In this document: positions 18,552 to 28,789 of the stretch, piece by piece
How the letters are laid out: each line of letters starts with the position of its first letter
Position numbering within the stretch: position 1 is the stretch's first letter
From: Candidatus Poribacteria bacterium
GTDB taxonomy: Bacteria > Poribacteria > WGA-4E > WGA-3G
NCBI GenBank assembly: GCA_022821965.1
Contig: JAJECN010000035.1
Span: forward strand, 76,222-140,221
Length of the DNA: 64,000 nt
Direction: 5' to 3'
Notes under the pieces: model-generated
Told to the model about the DNA's origin: nothing
Seen by the model: the letters and a program-made list of their open reading frames with translations, nothing else
Databases searched by the model: none
Program-made: the position numbers and the translations under genes

Positions 18552-20267
18552 TCATTTCAGAATGTCTAAGCGCTGTAAAGTAGCGAGTGGACTTACATCA
18601 TTCACTGAAGTTCCACCGAGATTGAGACTCCTTAACCTCTCTAAACCGGCGAGTGGACTTACATCATTCACTAAAGTTCCACCGAGATTGAGACTCCATA
18701 AACTCTGTAAACCGGCGAGTGGACTTACATCATTCACTGAAGTTCCGGCAAGATTGAGACCCCATAAGTTCTGTAAACCGGCGAGCGGACCCACATCGAT
18801 CACTGAAGTTCCACGCAGATCGAGCCAATTCAGATTCTGTAAACCGGCGAGTGGACTTACATTATTCACTGAAGTATAAGTGAGATCAAGACTCCATAAC
18901 CTTTCTAAACCATCGAGCGGACCCACGTCATTCACAAAAGCACCACGGAGATTCAGCCACTCCAACTCCTCTAAATCAGCAAGCGGGCCTATATCACTCA
19001 CAAAAGTTTCACTGAGATTGAGCCTCTCCAACTCCTCTAAACCAGCAAGCGGACTTATATCATTCACTGAAGTATTACGGAGATTAAGATCCCTCAAATT
19101 CTTTAAACTGATAAGAGGACTCACGTCATTCACTAAAGTATTACGGAGATTGAGCCTCTCCAACTTCTCTAAACCAGAAAGCGGACTTATATCATTCACT
19201 GCGGTTTCGCGGAGATTGAGCCTCTCCAGCTCCTCCAAACCAGCAAGCAGACTTATATCATCCACTGCGGTTTTGCTAAGATTGAGACTTTTCAACTTCT
19301 CTAAACCAGCGAGTATACCCACATCATTCACTGAAGTTCCACAAAGATTAAAACTCTTCAACTTCTCCAAACCGGCAAGTATACCCATATCATTCACCGA
19401 AGTTTCCTGGAGATTGAGCCGTTCCAACTTCTCTAAACCGGCAAGCGGACTTATATCATTCACTGCGGTTTCGCGGAGATTAAGACTCTTCAACTTCTCT
19501 AAACCAGTGAGTATACCCACATCATTCACTGAAGTATCAGTGAGATCAAGACTCCTTAAATCCTTTAAACCAGCCAGCGGACTCACGTCATTCACTAAAG
19601 TATTAGCGAGATCGAGACTCCTTAACTTTCCTAAATTAGCCAGCGGACTCACGTCATTCACTGAAGTTTCATGGAGATCCAACTGCCTCAAGTTTTCTAA
19701 ACCAGCCAGCGGACTTACATCATTTACCGAAGTATAAGCGAGGTCCAGACTCCTCAAGTTCTCTAAACCGGCAAGTGGACTCACGTCATTCACTGAAGTT
19801 GTATTGAGATATAGACTCCTCAAGTTCTCTAAACCGGCAAGTGGACTTACGTCATTCACTAAAGTTACATAGAGATACAGCGTCCGCAAGTTTTCTAAAC
19901 CAGCGAGTGGACCCACATCATTTACTGGAGTATCAGCGAGCTGAAGCCACCTCAAGTTCTCTAAACCAGCCAGCGGACCCACATCGATCACTGAAGTACA
20001 AACAAGACTGAGCTGTTCCAACTTTTCTAAACCAGCGAGTAGACTTACATCATTCACTAAAGTATCAACGAGCGATAACGCTATCAAACCCTTCGCCTTT
20101 TCCAAACCCGTTAAGTCGCTTATATCCCGGAAGCTAGCATCCAACTGTCTTAATCCTTTAAGTGCCGACTCCGTAATAGGTTCACTCGATTCTAAATCTA
20201 AAGCTTCACGGATTGCCTTAGCTAAGTACACATCTGGTATCATCACATTCGTAGTAGGATTTGTCAT
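18552..20267 (-). CDS. Leucine-rich repeat (LRR) protein with about 24 near-identical 22-aa repeats
   Basis: Repeat unit LAGLENLRSLDLxxTSVNDVSP iterated across about 540 aa. 66-bp DNA periodicity. Antisense ORFs 18562..18879 and 18880..19737 are repeat artefacts. Confidence 0.8.
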   Translation of the reverse strand: MTNPTTNVMIPDVYLAKAIREALDLESSEPITESALKGLRQLDASFRDISDLTGLEKAKGLIALSLVDTLVNDVSLLAGLEKLEQLSLVCTSVIDVGPLAGLENLRWLQLADTPVNDVGPLAGLENLRTLYLYVTLVNDVSPLAGLENLRSLYLNTTSVNDVSPLAGLENLRSLDLAYTSVNDVSPLAGLENLRQLDLHETSVNDVSPLANLGKLRSLDLANTLVNDVSPLAGLKDLRSLDLTDTSVNDVGILTGLEKLKSLNLRETAVNDISPLAGLEKLERLNLQETSVNDMGILAGLEKLKSFNLCGTSVNDVGILAGLEKLKSLNLSKTAVDDISLLAGLEELERLNLRETAVNDISPLSGLEKLERLNLRNTLVNDVSPLISLKNLRDLNLRNTSVNDISPLAGLEELERLNLSETFVSDIGPLADLEELEWLNLRGAFVNDVGPLDGLERLWSLDLTYTSVNNVSPLAGLQNLNWLDLRGTSVIDVGPLAGLQNLWGLNLAGTSVNDVSPLAGLQSLWSLNLGGTLVNDVSPLAGLERLRSLNLGGTSVNDVSPLATLQRLDILK

Positions 20268-20549
20268 AAATTTTTCTGACTCTTATCAACGTGAGTTCGG
20301 TATAAGAAATTGGTTTGTCATGTAGATGCGATTGAACAACAGTGAGACAAAACACCGAAGCGCGTACTGCGGGAGTATGTCTGTCATCAAATCGGCGATA
20401 GATGTAATATGTCGTGTCGAATTTCTCTAAAGCCTCAAGTCAAACTCGTGTTACAATAATTAAAGACACAATTTTTAGGTAAAACGTTACATGACGTAAA
20501 AAAATTAGCAGAGGGTCACTTGAGGAGATATACTGAAGGGTAGCCACGT

Positions 20550-20569
20550 TTATCAGGAACCCCTGATAA
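20550..20569. other. Hairpin TTATCAGG-aacc-CCTGATAA, 30 nt past the stop of cobA-hemD
   Basis: 8-bp perfect stem. No immediate U-run on the minus strand, so rho-independent termination is not supported. Confidence 0.25.
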
Positions 20570-20600
20570 GACTTCCATACGCAAGTCGTGTTATGCTTTT

Positions 20601-22118
20601 TTATTGGGAAAAGTTGTGATATGTCTCAACAATTGCTGCTACAAGGCTTTTGACGGAGGCTTCCTTTGCCACCACGTCAACGTGAACGCCATGTTCCACT
20701 GCTGTTTTCTGTGTTGTCGGACCGATCACAGCGACCTTAACATCGGCGAGTAGGACTGTAGGTTGGTGTGCGGAAAACATCTCTAAGAAGTTCGTAACCG
20801 TTGAGGAACTCGTGAATGTAACGAGATCAATCTTGCCGTTCAGAAGATCGGTTTCAATCATCTCTCGGTTTTCGCCTGGTACTCTGACGGTATCATAGAG
20901 GTGCACATCATCGACATGTGCGCCTTTCTCGCGTAAAGCATTGGGGAGGTCGGCAGTGGCAATTTTCGCACGCGGCAGAAGGATTTTTTTCTCGTCCACA
21001 TCCCCTATTTCAACGGCGATCGCACTTCCACGGGCGTTGGATGGGACAAAATTCGGCTGTATACCGATGCGGTTTAGAGCCTCCACAGTTTTCGCACCAA
21101 CAGCACAAATTTTGCTTGTGCCGAATGCGCGTGCATCCTTTCCGTTTTTTCTCAAGCGTTCATAGAAAATCTCAACAGCATTGACACTCGTAAAGATAAC
21201 CCAATCGTATTCGCTGGGAGAAGGCACGTCTACACCCTCAACAGGTTGGATCTTTATCGTAGGGAATTGGATGACCTCGGCACCGTTTGCTTCTAAGAGA
21301 TCAGCGAATTCGCTGGCTTGTGCGCGGGCGCGCGTGACAAGAATCCGTTTCCCGAAGAGCGGTTTGGTATCAAACCATCGGAGTTGCTCGCGCAATCGGT
21401 TCACCTCACCGACCACGATAATTGCCGGACTCTTGAGTTGGGCTGCCTCTACTTTTTGCACAATATCGGTAAGGGTGCCTTGGACGACTTGCTGCTGCGG
21501 TGTTGTTCCGACGCGGACTAAACTGACAGGGGTCTCAGGGTCTCTATCGTGTGTTATGAGCCGTTCCACAATTTGGCGAAGGTGTGCAACCCCCATGTAT
21601 ACAACAAGTGTATCCACCGCCGTAGCGAGCTGTTCCCAGTTGATATTTGAGTCTGAACGCAGTGCTGCGGAATGCCCCGTAACAAATGCAACCGACGAGG
21701 CGTAGTCACGATGCGTGACTGGAATACCGGCATAAGCGGATGCAGCAACCGCAGAAGTGACACCCGGAACGATCTCAAATGGAATGTTTGCTTCGGTGAG
21801 CGCAACTGCCTCCTCGCCGCCTCGCCCGAAGATATATGGGTCCCCACCCTTGAGACGAACAACGATTTTGCCTGCTTTCGCGTGCTCAACCAGCAAATGA
21901 TTGAGTTCATCTTGGCGGGTCGCTCGGATTCTGGGATCGGGTGCTTGGATTTTTTCGGTGTGCGCGGGGCAATGTTCCAGTAACGCATCGTTCAGGAGTA
22001 GATCGTAGATGACGACATCGGCGCGTTGAAGGCATTCCACGCCTTTGAGGGTGATAAGCTTCCTATCCCCCGGACCTGCCCCTACGATATAGACAATACC
22101 TGTGCGTGGTTCGTTCAT
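20601..22118 (-). CDS. cobA-hemD: Fused uroporphyrinogen-III C-methyltransferase / uroporphyrinogen-III synthase
   Basis: N-terminal SUMT signature (IVYIVGAGPGDRKLITLKGVECLQRADVVIYD) and C-terminal HemD-like half. Overlaps the hemC stop by 4 nt. Confidence 0.8.
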   Translation of the reverse strand: MNEPRTGIVYIVGAGPGDRKLITLKGVECLQRADVVIYDLLLNDALLEHCPAHTEKIQAPDPRIRATRQDELNHLLVEHAKAGKIVVRLKGGDPYIFGRGGEEAVALTEANIPFEIVPGVTSAVAASAYAGIPVTHRDYASSVAFVTGHSAALRSDSNINWEQLATAVDTLVVYMGVAHLRQIVERLITHDRDPETPVSLVRVGTTPQQQVVQGTLTDIVQKVEAAQLKSPAIIVVGEVNRLREQLRWFDTKPLFGKRILVTRARAQASEFADLLEANGAEVIQFPTIKIQPVEGVDVPSPSEYDWVIFTSVNAVEIFYERLRKNGKDARAFGTSKICAVGAKTVEALNRIGIQPNFVPSNARGSAIAVEIGDVDEKKILLPRAKIATADLPNALREKGAHVDDVHLYDTVRVPGENREMIETDLLNGKIDLVTFTSSSTVTNFLEMFSAHQPTVLLADVKVAVIGPTTQKTAVEHGVHVDVVAKEASVKSLVAAIVETYHNFSQ

Positions 22119-23041
22119 TTATCGCTCTCCTGGGCCTTCAACAGTTCAGTCGCGCCACTGTTCTTGAGTTTTTCAGCGACAACCCCACCTAAGTGCTTTG
22201 CTGTATCCGGTGCCCCTGTGGCACGCTCCGTAATACGCAGGCTACCCTCTGGATGACAGACCGCACCAACGAGTGAGAGTTCATCACTAATATATTCGGC
22301 GTACGCGCCAATCGGTACTTGACATCCACCACCGAGACTTTCCAACACGGCTCTTTCGGCGGTGATTTCTGCTGCTGCTCGATGGTCATTCAAGGGAGCG
22401 ATTAATTTCTCAGTCCGGTCATCCCCCTCCCGTACTTCAATGGCGAGTGCCCCTTGTCCAACTGCCGGGACCATATCTTCCGTATCAAAAAATTGTGTAA
22501 TAATCTCCGGGTTGAGAAGACGCTTAATGCCAGCGGCGGCGAGGATAATGCCGTCAAGGTCGGTTTCATGAAGTTTGCGTAATCGGGTATCAACGTTGCC
22601 CCGGACATCAACGACCTTCACGTCTGGACGAATGTAGAGCAGTTGTGCTTTTCGGCGTGGACTTGTGGTGCCGATTTTCGCCTCTTCTGGCAGGTTTTCT
22701 AAGGGGAGTCCTATGGAGGTAATAAGCACATCGCGTGGATCCTCTCGCACGGGAATAGCAGCAATGCAGAGTCCTGCTGGTAATTCTGTCGGAAGATCTT
22801 TCAAACTATGAACAGCGAGGTCAATGTCGCCAGTTAAGAGCGCATTTTCTATCTCTTTGGTAAAAACGCCTTTGCCCAGTCCAACCAATGAGCGGTTTTG
22901 AATCGTGTCGCCCGTGGTTTTGATGACCTTGAGATGGACCTCAATATCCGAAAAATGGCGTTCTAATTGATTTTTGACGAATTGTGACTGCCAAAGAGCA
23001 AGTTGACTACCACGTGTCCCTATTGTGAGCGAGTTGCGCAT
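22115..23041 (-). CDS. hemC: Hydroxymethylbilane synthase (porphobilinogen deaminase)
   Basis: TIGTRGSQLALWQSQFV N-terminus and overall HemC similarity. Start placed at the ATG (MRNSLTIG) rather than the GTG-extended ORF. Confidence 0.85.
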   Translation of the reverse strand: MRNSLTIGTRGSQLALWQSQFVKNQLERHFSDIEVHLKVIKTTGDTIQNRSLVGLGKGVFTKEIENALLTGDIDLAVHSLKDLPTELPAGLCIAAIPVREDPRDVLITSIGLPLENLPEEAKIGTTSPRRKAQLLYIRPDVKVVDVRGNVDTRLRKLHETDLDGIILAAAGIKRLLNPEIITQFFDTEDMVPAVGQGALAIEVREGDDRTEKLIAPLNDHRAAAEITAERAVLESLGGGCQVPIGAYAEYISDELSLVGAVCHPEGSLRITERATGAPDTAKHLGGVVAEKLKNSGATELLKAQESDK

Positions 23042-23172
23042 TTTTAAATTATTAAATCTGATCACCGTTCCATTACATTTCACGGTGATTTTCGGTTAAT
23101 TCCAACCGACCCTGGGTTATGAAAAGTTTTTAATGATCTGGAGACCGATCGCTGATCACTAACTGCCGATGG

Positions 23173-24471
23173 TTATTCTGGATTCTCATCGCTAACATCC
23201 AAGGCAAACAATTCTTGTAACGCTTGAACATACTGCCCGTGATCGGCATCGCCATCGTTGACGGCACAGCGAAGATTCTGCATGGGATGATGGAGCAGTT
23301 TTTTGACGATTGCCTGAGCCATAGAGGCGACAGCTGCCTCCTGCTGATCAGAAAGCGTTGCTTTGTAGAAACACGCTTGCAATTCGGTATCAGCTACCTC
23401 TCGAAACTGCTGATGGAGTGCCTTAATCGTAGGGTTAACTTGGAAGATTTGCAATTGGTCGTAGAACCGTTTGGCTTCCTCAGTGACAATTTGTTCTGCC
23501 CTGACTGCTTCGTGTTGCCTATCCTTCAGGTTAGAGGCAACAACGGCTTCCAGATCGTCTATATTGTAGAGAAAAGCGGAGTCGATTTTACTCACGTCCG
23601 GTTCAATATCGCGTGGCACAGCAATATCAATGAGGAACATATAGCGATGCTTCCGTTTCCGCATGATGTTAGCGAGAGACCGTCGCTTGATGAGGTAATC
23701 GGGGGCATTGGTAGAACTAATGACGATATCGGCATCAATAAGGAAATCAAGATCGCTATCATAAGCGAAGGGTGTTCCGTTAAATTTCTCGGCGATTTTA
23801 ACTGCGCGTTCATAGGTCCGATTCGCGACAATCACATTAGAGACCCCATTTGCAACGAGATGCTTTGCTGTGAGTTCGCTCATCTCACCCGCCCCGATAA
23901 TCGCAACGGTTTTACCTTCAAGCGTATTGAAAATCTTTTTGGCGAGTTCAACGGCGGCGTAACTAATAGAAACAGCACCTGTAGTGATTGTCGTCTCGGA
24001 ACGGATGCGTTTGCCAACGCTGAAAGTTTTAGTGAAAAGACGATTGAGAACCGGCCCCGTGCTACCTGACGCACGAGAGAAGTCGTAAGCGGCTTTGATT
24101 TGTCCCAGTATTTGGGATTCACCGACGACCATAGAATCAAGGCTCGATGTCACTCTGAAGAGATGCTGGATCGTCTCCAAGTTATGGTGGACATAACTCC
24201 ATTTTTTGAGCGACCCTACGTCAATCTGATGGTAGTCAGAAAGGAACTCTACCAATATTTTGGCAGCTGCGTCGGCATTCCGCACAGAATTCGCGACAGC
24301 ATAAATCTCCACCCGGTTGCAGGTAGAGATAATGACTGCTTCCTGTACCTGATCAGATTCACGAAGGCACTGGAGGGATTCAGTAAGTTGTTCTTCGGAA
24401 AACGCCAATCTTTCCCTAAATTCAATGGGAGCGACATGATGGCTGGTTCCGACGGAAACGATTTGGTTCAT
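23173..24471 (-). CDS. hemA: Glutamyl-tRNA reductase
   Basis: VIISTCNRVEIYAV catalytic-Cys motif and NAD-binding region (AIIGAGEMSELTAKHL). Confidence 0.85.
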   Translation of the reverse strand: MNQIVSVGTSHHVAPIEFRERLAFSEEQLTESLQCLRESDQVQEAVIISTCNRVEIYAVANSVRNADAAAKILVEFLSDYHQIDVGSLKKWSYVHHNLETIQHLFRVTSSLDSMVVGESQILGQIKAAYDFSRASGSTGPVLNRLFTKTFSVGKRIRSETTITTGAVSISYAAVELAKKIFNTLEGKTVAIIGAGEMSELTAKHLVANGVSNVIVANRTYERAVKIAEKFNGTPFAYDSDLDFLIDADIVISSTNAPDYLIKRRSLANIMRKRKHRYMFLIDIAVPRDIEPDVSKIDSAFLYNIDDLEAVVASNLKDRQHEAVRAEQIVTEEAKRFYDQLQIFQVNPTIKALHQQFREVADTELQACFYKATLSDQQEAAVASMAQAIVKKLLHHPMQNLRCAVNDGDADHGQYVQALQELFALDVSDENPE

Positions 24472-24753
24472 TCCTTTTACCAGAGAATCTAAAAACGTGG
24501 AATACTTTCAGGCATCAGACAAATTATATCACATATCAGTGGTTGTGTCAAATTTAGAACTAAGATTAGACCAGTTCGTAGTAGGGCAGTTTATTGCCCG
24601 TTATACACAACTTTAGGACGTGCGATAATGCACTTCGCATTTGGGCGAGTATGCCGCAGAATCGCATTACTACAAACGCACTTACTCGTAGTTGGGAATC
24701 ACTGATTGTCCATCAATTTGAACGATTTAATAAATTCTTAAAACTAAATATCC

Positions 24754-25596
24754 CTAACGATATGTATGCATGCTGTCTAAAAAGAGATCCACGCCAACGT
24801 AGGTGCAGAGCACAGCAACGAACCCAAGGATCGCGGCATACGCTGCTCTTCGTCCGTGCCAACCCCAAAATTGGCGGATACCGATTTGGGCGACATAGAT
24901 AAACCAAGTCACCAGTGTGGAGATTACCTTAGCGTCAAGCCATCTCCAGGGAACATCTCGGATATATTGCGTCCAGAGGCTGCCAACGATAACTCCCATC
25001 GTAAGCAGAATCACGCCAAGGATGGTGCAACGATAGCCAAGCTCATCGGAAGTCCCGAGTGATGGGAGGAGATTGTCAAGGAGGGCATCTGTCTTCTGAC
25101 GAATCTTCCGCTCTGTTATCAGGTACATCAACCCAAATCCAAATGCGGCGATAAATGCTGCATAAGCGAGAAAAATCAGTGTGGTATGCGCCAGAAGCCA
25201 ATAGTTTTGCAAGGGTTCCGGGAGTGCCGCGGTGTGCGTGGCGAAACTATACGAAATGAGGATAGCAATGAATGCAACCGGCATCACAAAACTGCCGAGT
25301 GTGCGGAGATGCGTCAAACGCACGATGATGAGATAGATCAGTGTAATTGCCCATGCAAAGAAAGCAGTGGAGTCGGTCCAGTGCGTCATCGGGAAATGCC
25401 CCTGTTGTAGCCACCAAAGCACAATAAAGAGGGTCAGAAAAGCAAAACCGATAGTGGTACCCCAAAAAGCGACTCGTTCAATTGTCGGACGAATCACCGC
25501 CGCTCCGGACCTGTTACCGATAGCGAACGAGAGGGTTTGAAAAATGCTCGCTGCTAAGTATATTAGAAGGGTGACGAGAAACAGAAAATTTATCAT
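24754..25596 (-). CDS. CcsA/HemX-like polytopic membrane protein (cytochrome c assembly family)
   Basis: Eight hydrophobic helices and a Trp-rich segment (RQFWGWHGRR). Sits immediately upstream of hemA, as hemX does in hemAXCDBL-type operons. Confidence 0.5.
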   Translation of the reverse strand: MINFLFLVTLLIYLAASIFQTLSFAIGNRSGAAVIRPTIERVAFWGTTIGFAFLTLFIVLWWLQQGHFPMTHWTDSTAFFAWAITLIYLIIVRLTHLRTLGSFVMPVAFIAILISYSFATHTAALPEPLQNYWLLAHTTLIFLAYAAFIAAFGFGLMYLITERKIRQKTDALLDNLLPSLGTSDELGYRCTILGVILLTMGVIVGSLWTQYIRDVPWRWLDAKVISTLVTWFIYVAQIGIRQFWGWHGRRAAYAAILGFVAVLCTYVGVDLFLDSMHTYR

Positions 25597-25659
25597 ACAC
25601 AGTGCTTTTTGAGATAATAAGGGTAGACAGTGGATAGATACAACTGCCTTTTAGATGTA

Positions 25660-26481
25660 TCATTCGCCTTCATTTTCGCGGTTGGCGAGTTGCGTCCGGA
25701 GGCGTTCTAACTCAGCCTCCACAACCTGTCGCCGTTCCCTTTCCTCTCTGGCGAGTCTTTCTGCCGCCTGTCGCCGTTCCACTTCTCCTGCCACCAATTC
25801 TTCCGCTGACACTCGTAGGTGATGTTCTTCCATGGAAGTTGTAATAGCGGTGCCATCAGGAAGATACGGACGCAAAAGCCGCAGCTCCCACGCCTCATGA
25901 AGCTCCCATCGAAAATAAAGATTTAATGACGCACTGAACAAACCCTCATCAGCATCTTCTTCAATCTCAACGATGTCGCCTAATGCATCCCGTCGCCACC
26001 CACGACATTCTATAGGGCGATTCATATCGGGTTGATGAATGAAATACTCCGCAACCCCCATATCACGCAGATACACCTCAACTTTTTCATGACGATCCTC
26101 AGACGCTGTTGTATCTGAAAGGAACTCAAAAACTGCTGTAGGGACGGTGCCCTCTGCCCAGGTATAAAAACTCCTTCGTAACGGAAGTTTCGCGGCACCG
26201 AGGACGACATACACATCGGGAGCCACGACTTTTCTGATATCGCTTTCTCGGTAATAAATAAAGTTGTCCATACCAACATGGATATGCGGGTGTGCCTGAA
26301 AATATCGTAAGAATTGGTCAAATAAGCTATGCATCTGCATCCCGTGAAATTCGCCTGCTGGCATAGGTTCATCGTCCTCATAGGGGTAGCCTTGGATGTA
26401 AACGGTTGGTTTTCCACTCGCTTTTGGAAAGACAGGCATGTACTTTCTTTGCTTGAGTTCAAACTCGTTTAGCGTATTCAT
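25660..26481 (-). CDS. Uma2 (DUF820) family PD-(D/E)xK endonuclease-like protein with C-terminal coiled coil
   Basis: Uma2 signature regions (GYPYEDDEPMPAGEFHGMQ..., PDVYVV, TAVFEFLSDTT, AEYFIHQPD). Confidence 0.65.
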   Translation of the reverse strand: MNTLNEFELKQRKYMPVFPKASGKPTVYIQGYPYEDDEPMPAGEFHGMQMHSLFDQFLRYFQAHPHIHVGMDNFIYYRESDIRKVVAPDVYVVLGAAKLPLRRSFYTWAEGTVPTAVFEFLSDTTASEDRHEKVEVYLRDMGVAEYFIHQPDMNRPIECRGWRRDALGDIVEIEEDADEGLFSASLNLYFRWELHEAWELRLLRPYLPDGTAITTSMEEHHLRVSAEELVAGEVERRQAAERLAREERERRQVVEAELERLRTQLANRENEGE

Positions 26482-26601
26482 GATTTTCTTCCTTTGGCTA
26501 TCAGGACAGGAATGTCACTCATCCACGTAAGATGGTTAAAGCAGTTCTCAACCGTTTTGAAAATCTTTAAAAAAGCAGACTATTTTCGCTTTCGGGCAAT
26601 T

Positions 26602-27777
26602 TTAACAACCCCCGTCCGCTTTGTCAAGTAGTTTGGTGGTAAAGGCGTTGGCGCGTTCCAAGTTGCCGTGCCGAACCCAGTTGAAAAGGCATTCAGCAGC
26701 ACATTCAGGATTTGTGAGACCGAGACAGCATGTTGTAGGAGGGGTTTGTAACCCCAATACCGAATCTTCAACGCTATCAATGAGCGTTTCAAAGAAGTCG
26801 GCACGCTTTTTAGGTGTCGGAAAAGTCTTGAGAATCTCAGAACGGCGCGTTCCAAGGAATTCAATAAATGCTCCGTAGCCGCTGTTTTCAAACCGGTTTG
26901 CGAGTTTTTTATGCAGGCGTTTCACCTTGTCAATGCTCGCGCTGTTCCGAGCCGATATACTGATTATTAGATTGTCATCTATTATGAGTTCAGGAGTGAA
27001 GTGAGTGCCAGCATCTGATTGATCAAGGTATTCTCGAATGAAAGTACCTTCACTTTCATAAGACGCGCTTACAGCAGAAGATTTATCTGCAATAACAAGG
27101 AATGCATCTTCAAAGTGATGCGGTTTCATTTCGTCGGGTGCCGGACATAATACAAACGCACCACACTGATGTAGCAATGAGATACGACGTTCAATTTCTG
27201 GTGTTTTTTCTTCACACAAGACGATACACGTGCGATTTTCCAATAGGAGATAGACCGGATAGGGCAGTCCTTGATTTTCAATCGGTACCGGTTCGCCATC
27301 TTCGTATCCGAGTGTGTATAACGAAGTGGCGTTCAACACCCCCTCAAAATGTTCACGGATACGGCGACTCGTCGCGGGGCTTTTGCCACTCGTTGAGATG
27401 CTCAGCATAAGGTCGCCATCGGTTACGACAGAGGCGGCGGCAAATGTGCATTGTGGGATAACGTCAACAACATTGACCAAGCGAATCTTGTTTTTTTCAT
27501 ACGCTTCTGTGAAAACAGCACTATTAATATCCGTGAAATCGGTAGCAGCGCAGACGAGAAAATAGCCGTCCGTATCGCCCGACTTCAACTGCCGCTTGTG
27601 CCAACGAATCGTGCCGATATGTGCAAGGAACGTTAGTAACTTCGTTGCATCAGGACTGATTACGGTGACATCGCCACCACTAAGCAGCATGGCAACGACT
27701 TTTCGCTCCGCAACGGCACCACCGCCGACAACGAGGCATTTCCGATCCTGAAGGTTTATGTACGCAGGATAAAACAT
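26602..27777 (-). CDS. Precorrin-2 dehydrogenase / sirohydrochlorin ferrochelatase (SirC/Met8-like N-domain) with an unexplained ~190-aa Cys-containing C-terminal extension
   Basis: N-terminus YINLQDRKCLVVGGGAVAERKVVAMLLSGGDVTVISP matches the CysG N-terminal domain. Residues about 200-391 match no family I recognise (contains CCLGLTNPECAAEC). Confidence 0.55.
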   Translation of the reverse strand: MFYPAYINLQDRKCLVVGGGAVAERKVVAMLLSGGDVTVISPDATKLLTFLAHIGTIRWHKRQLKSGDTDGYFLVCAATDFTDINSAVFTEAYEKNKIRLVNVVDVIPQCTFAAASVVTDGDLMLSISTSGKSPATSRRIREHFEGVLNATSLYTLGYEDGEPVPIENQGLPYPVYLLLENRTCIVLCEEKTPEIERRISLLHQCGAFVLCPAPDEMKPHHFEDAFLVIADKSSAVSASYESEGTFIREYLDQSDAGTHFTPELIIDDNLIISISARNSASIDKVKRLHKKLANRFENSGYGAFIEFLGTRRSEILKTFPTPKKRADFFETLIDSVEDSVLGLQTPPTTCCLGLTNPECAAECLFNWVRHGNLERANAFTTKLLDKADGGC

Positions 27778-27796
27778 CTTAACCGAAAACTATCCC

Positions 27797-28777
27797 TCAT
27801 GACTCACGTGAAACGACATAGTCCGCAAGTTCTGATAAGGCGGTCCGGGCAGGTGTTTCAGGAAAGATTGCCAACGCTGCTTTGGCGCGGTCAGCATAGC
27901 CTTGGGCAACTTTCAGACAGTGCGGTTCGACCCCGTAGCTTTGAAACAGAGATTCAACAAAAGCAATTGCCTCGGTTTCATCCGTATCAGGGTGCAGCAT
28001 TTTTTCAAGCATCTGCTTCTCACTATCATTACAGACTGTTCGCGCATAAATAATAGGAAAGGTAAGTTTCCCTTCGCGGAGGTCACCGAATGCATCTTTC
28101 CCCAACTTATCAGAATCTTCTGTGAAATCAAGCAGATCATCAACGATCTGGAATGCGGTGCCAATCTGCTGTCCATAGACTGTGAGAGCCTCAATCTGTT
28201 GTGCCTCTGTTGTACCGAGATGCGCGCCAAGAGTGCAGGACGCAGCAATCAGTTTACCTGTTTTGAAACTGATAATCTTGAGGTATTCGTCTTCGGAGAT
28301 GTCAAAATCACCGCTCTTATATGCGTGGATAACCTCGCCTTCACACATCGCCTGCGTGGTATCGGCGAGGATCGCCATCGCTGGATCATCAGAACGGCGA
28401 GCCACAAGCATAGAAAGGACCCGTGCATGCAGGTAATCTCCGACGAGGACAGCAACCTTATTACCCCATTTCGTCTGTAACGTTTCACGTCCACGGCGGA
28501 TCGCAGCCTCGTCAAGTACATCGTCATGAACAAGCGATGCAACATGGATGAGTTCAACAACAGCAGCAAGCGTGTGGGCATCGCTCCCTTCATAGTCGCA
28601 GACTTTGGCAGAAAGCACAACGAGAATCGGACGGAGCCGTTTACCACCACCCTCCACAACATGTTGGACCGCCATGTCAACAAAAGTATATTCACTCGCG
28701 GTATGCTCGGTGAGCTTCGCCTCAATAGCACTGAGGTCGTCGGCAATTAATTCAACAATTTGATCAAAGTTGGACAT
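27797..28777 (-). CDS. Trans-polyprenyl diphosphate synthase
   Basis: FARM motif LVHDDVLDEAAIRRGRET and second Asp-rich motif (IVDDLLDF). The N-terminal 12 codons of the ORF-track call lie inside a repeat element, so ATG 28777 is preferred. Confidence 0.75.
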   Translation of the reverse strand: MSNFDQIVELIADDLSAIEAKLTEHTASEYTFVDMAVQHVVEGGGKRLRPILVVLSAKVCDYEGSDAHTLAAVVELIHVASLVHDDVLDEAAIRRGRETLQTKWGNKVAVLVGDYLHARVLSMLVARRSDDPAMAILADTTQAMCEGEVIHAYKSGDFDISEDEYLKIISFKTGKLIAASCTLGAHLGTTEAQQIEALTVYGQQIGTAFQIVDDLLDFTEDSDKLGKDAFGDLREGKLTFPIIYARTVCNDSEKQMLEKMLHPDTDETEAIAFVESLFQSYGVEPHCLKVAQGYADRAKAALAIFPETPARTALSELADYVVSRES

Positions 28778-28789
28778 AATGTAATAGTT

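Noticed and set aside
18562-19737. Two long + strand ORFs (105 and 285 aa) with Ser/Thr/Pro-rich repetitive translations
   Set aside because: They are antisense to the LRR gene and arise purely from the 66-bp repeat periodicity. No start context or independent signal.
23224-24069. 281-aa + strand ORF inside hemA
   Set aside because: Antisense to a confidently identified glutamyl-tRNA reductase gene. No motif or RBS. Typical shadow ORF.
26580-26891. 103-aa - strand ORF overlapping the 3' end of the sirC-like gene
   Set aside because: Alternative frame of the same region. The longer frame carries the recognisable SirC domain upstream and continues uninterrupted, so the short ORF is taken as non-coding.
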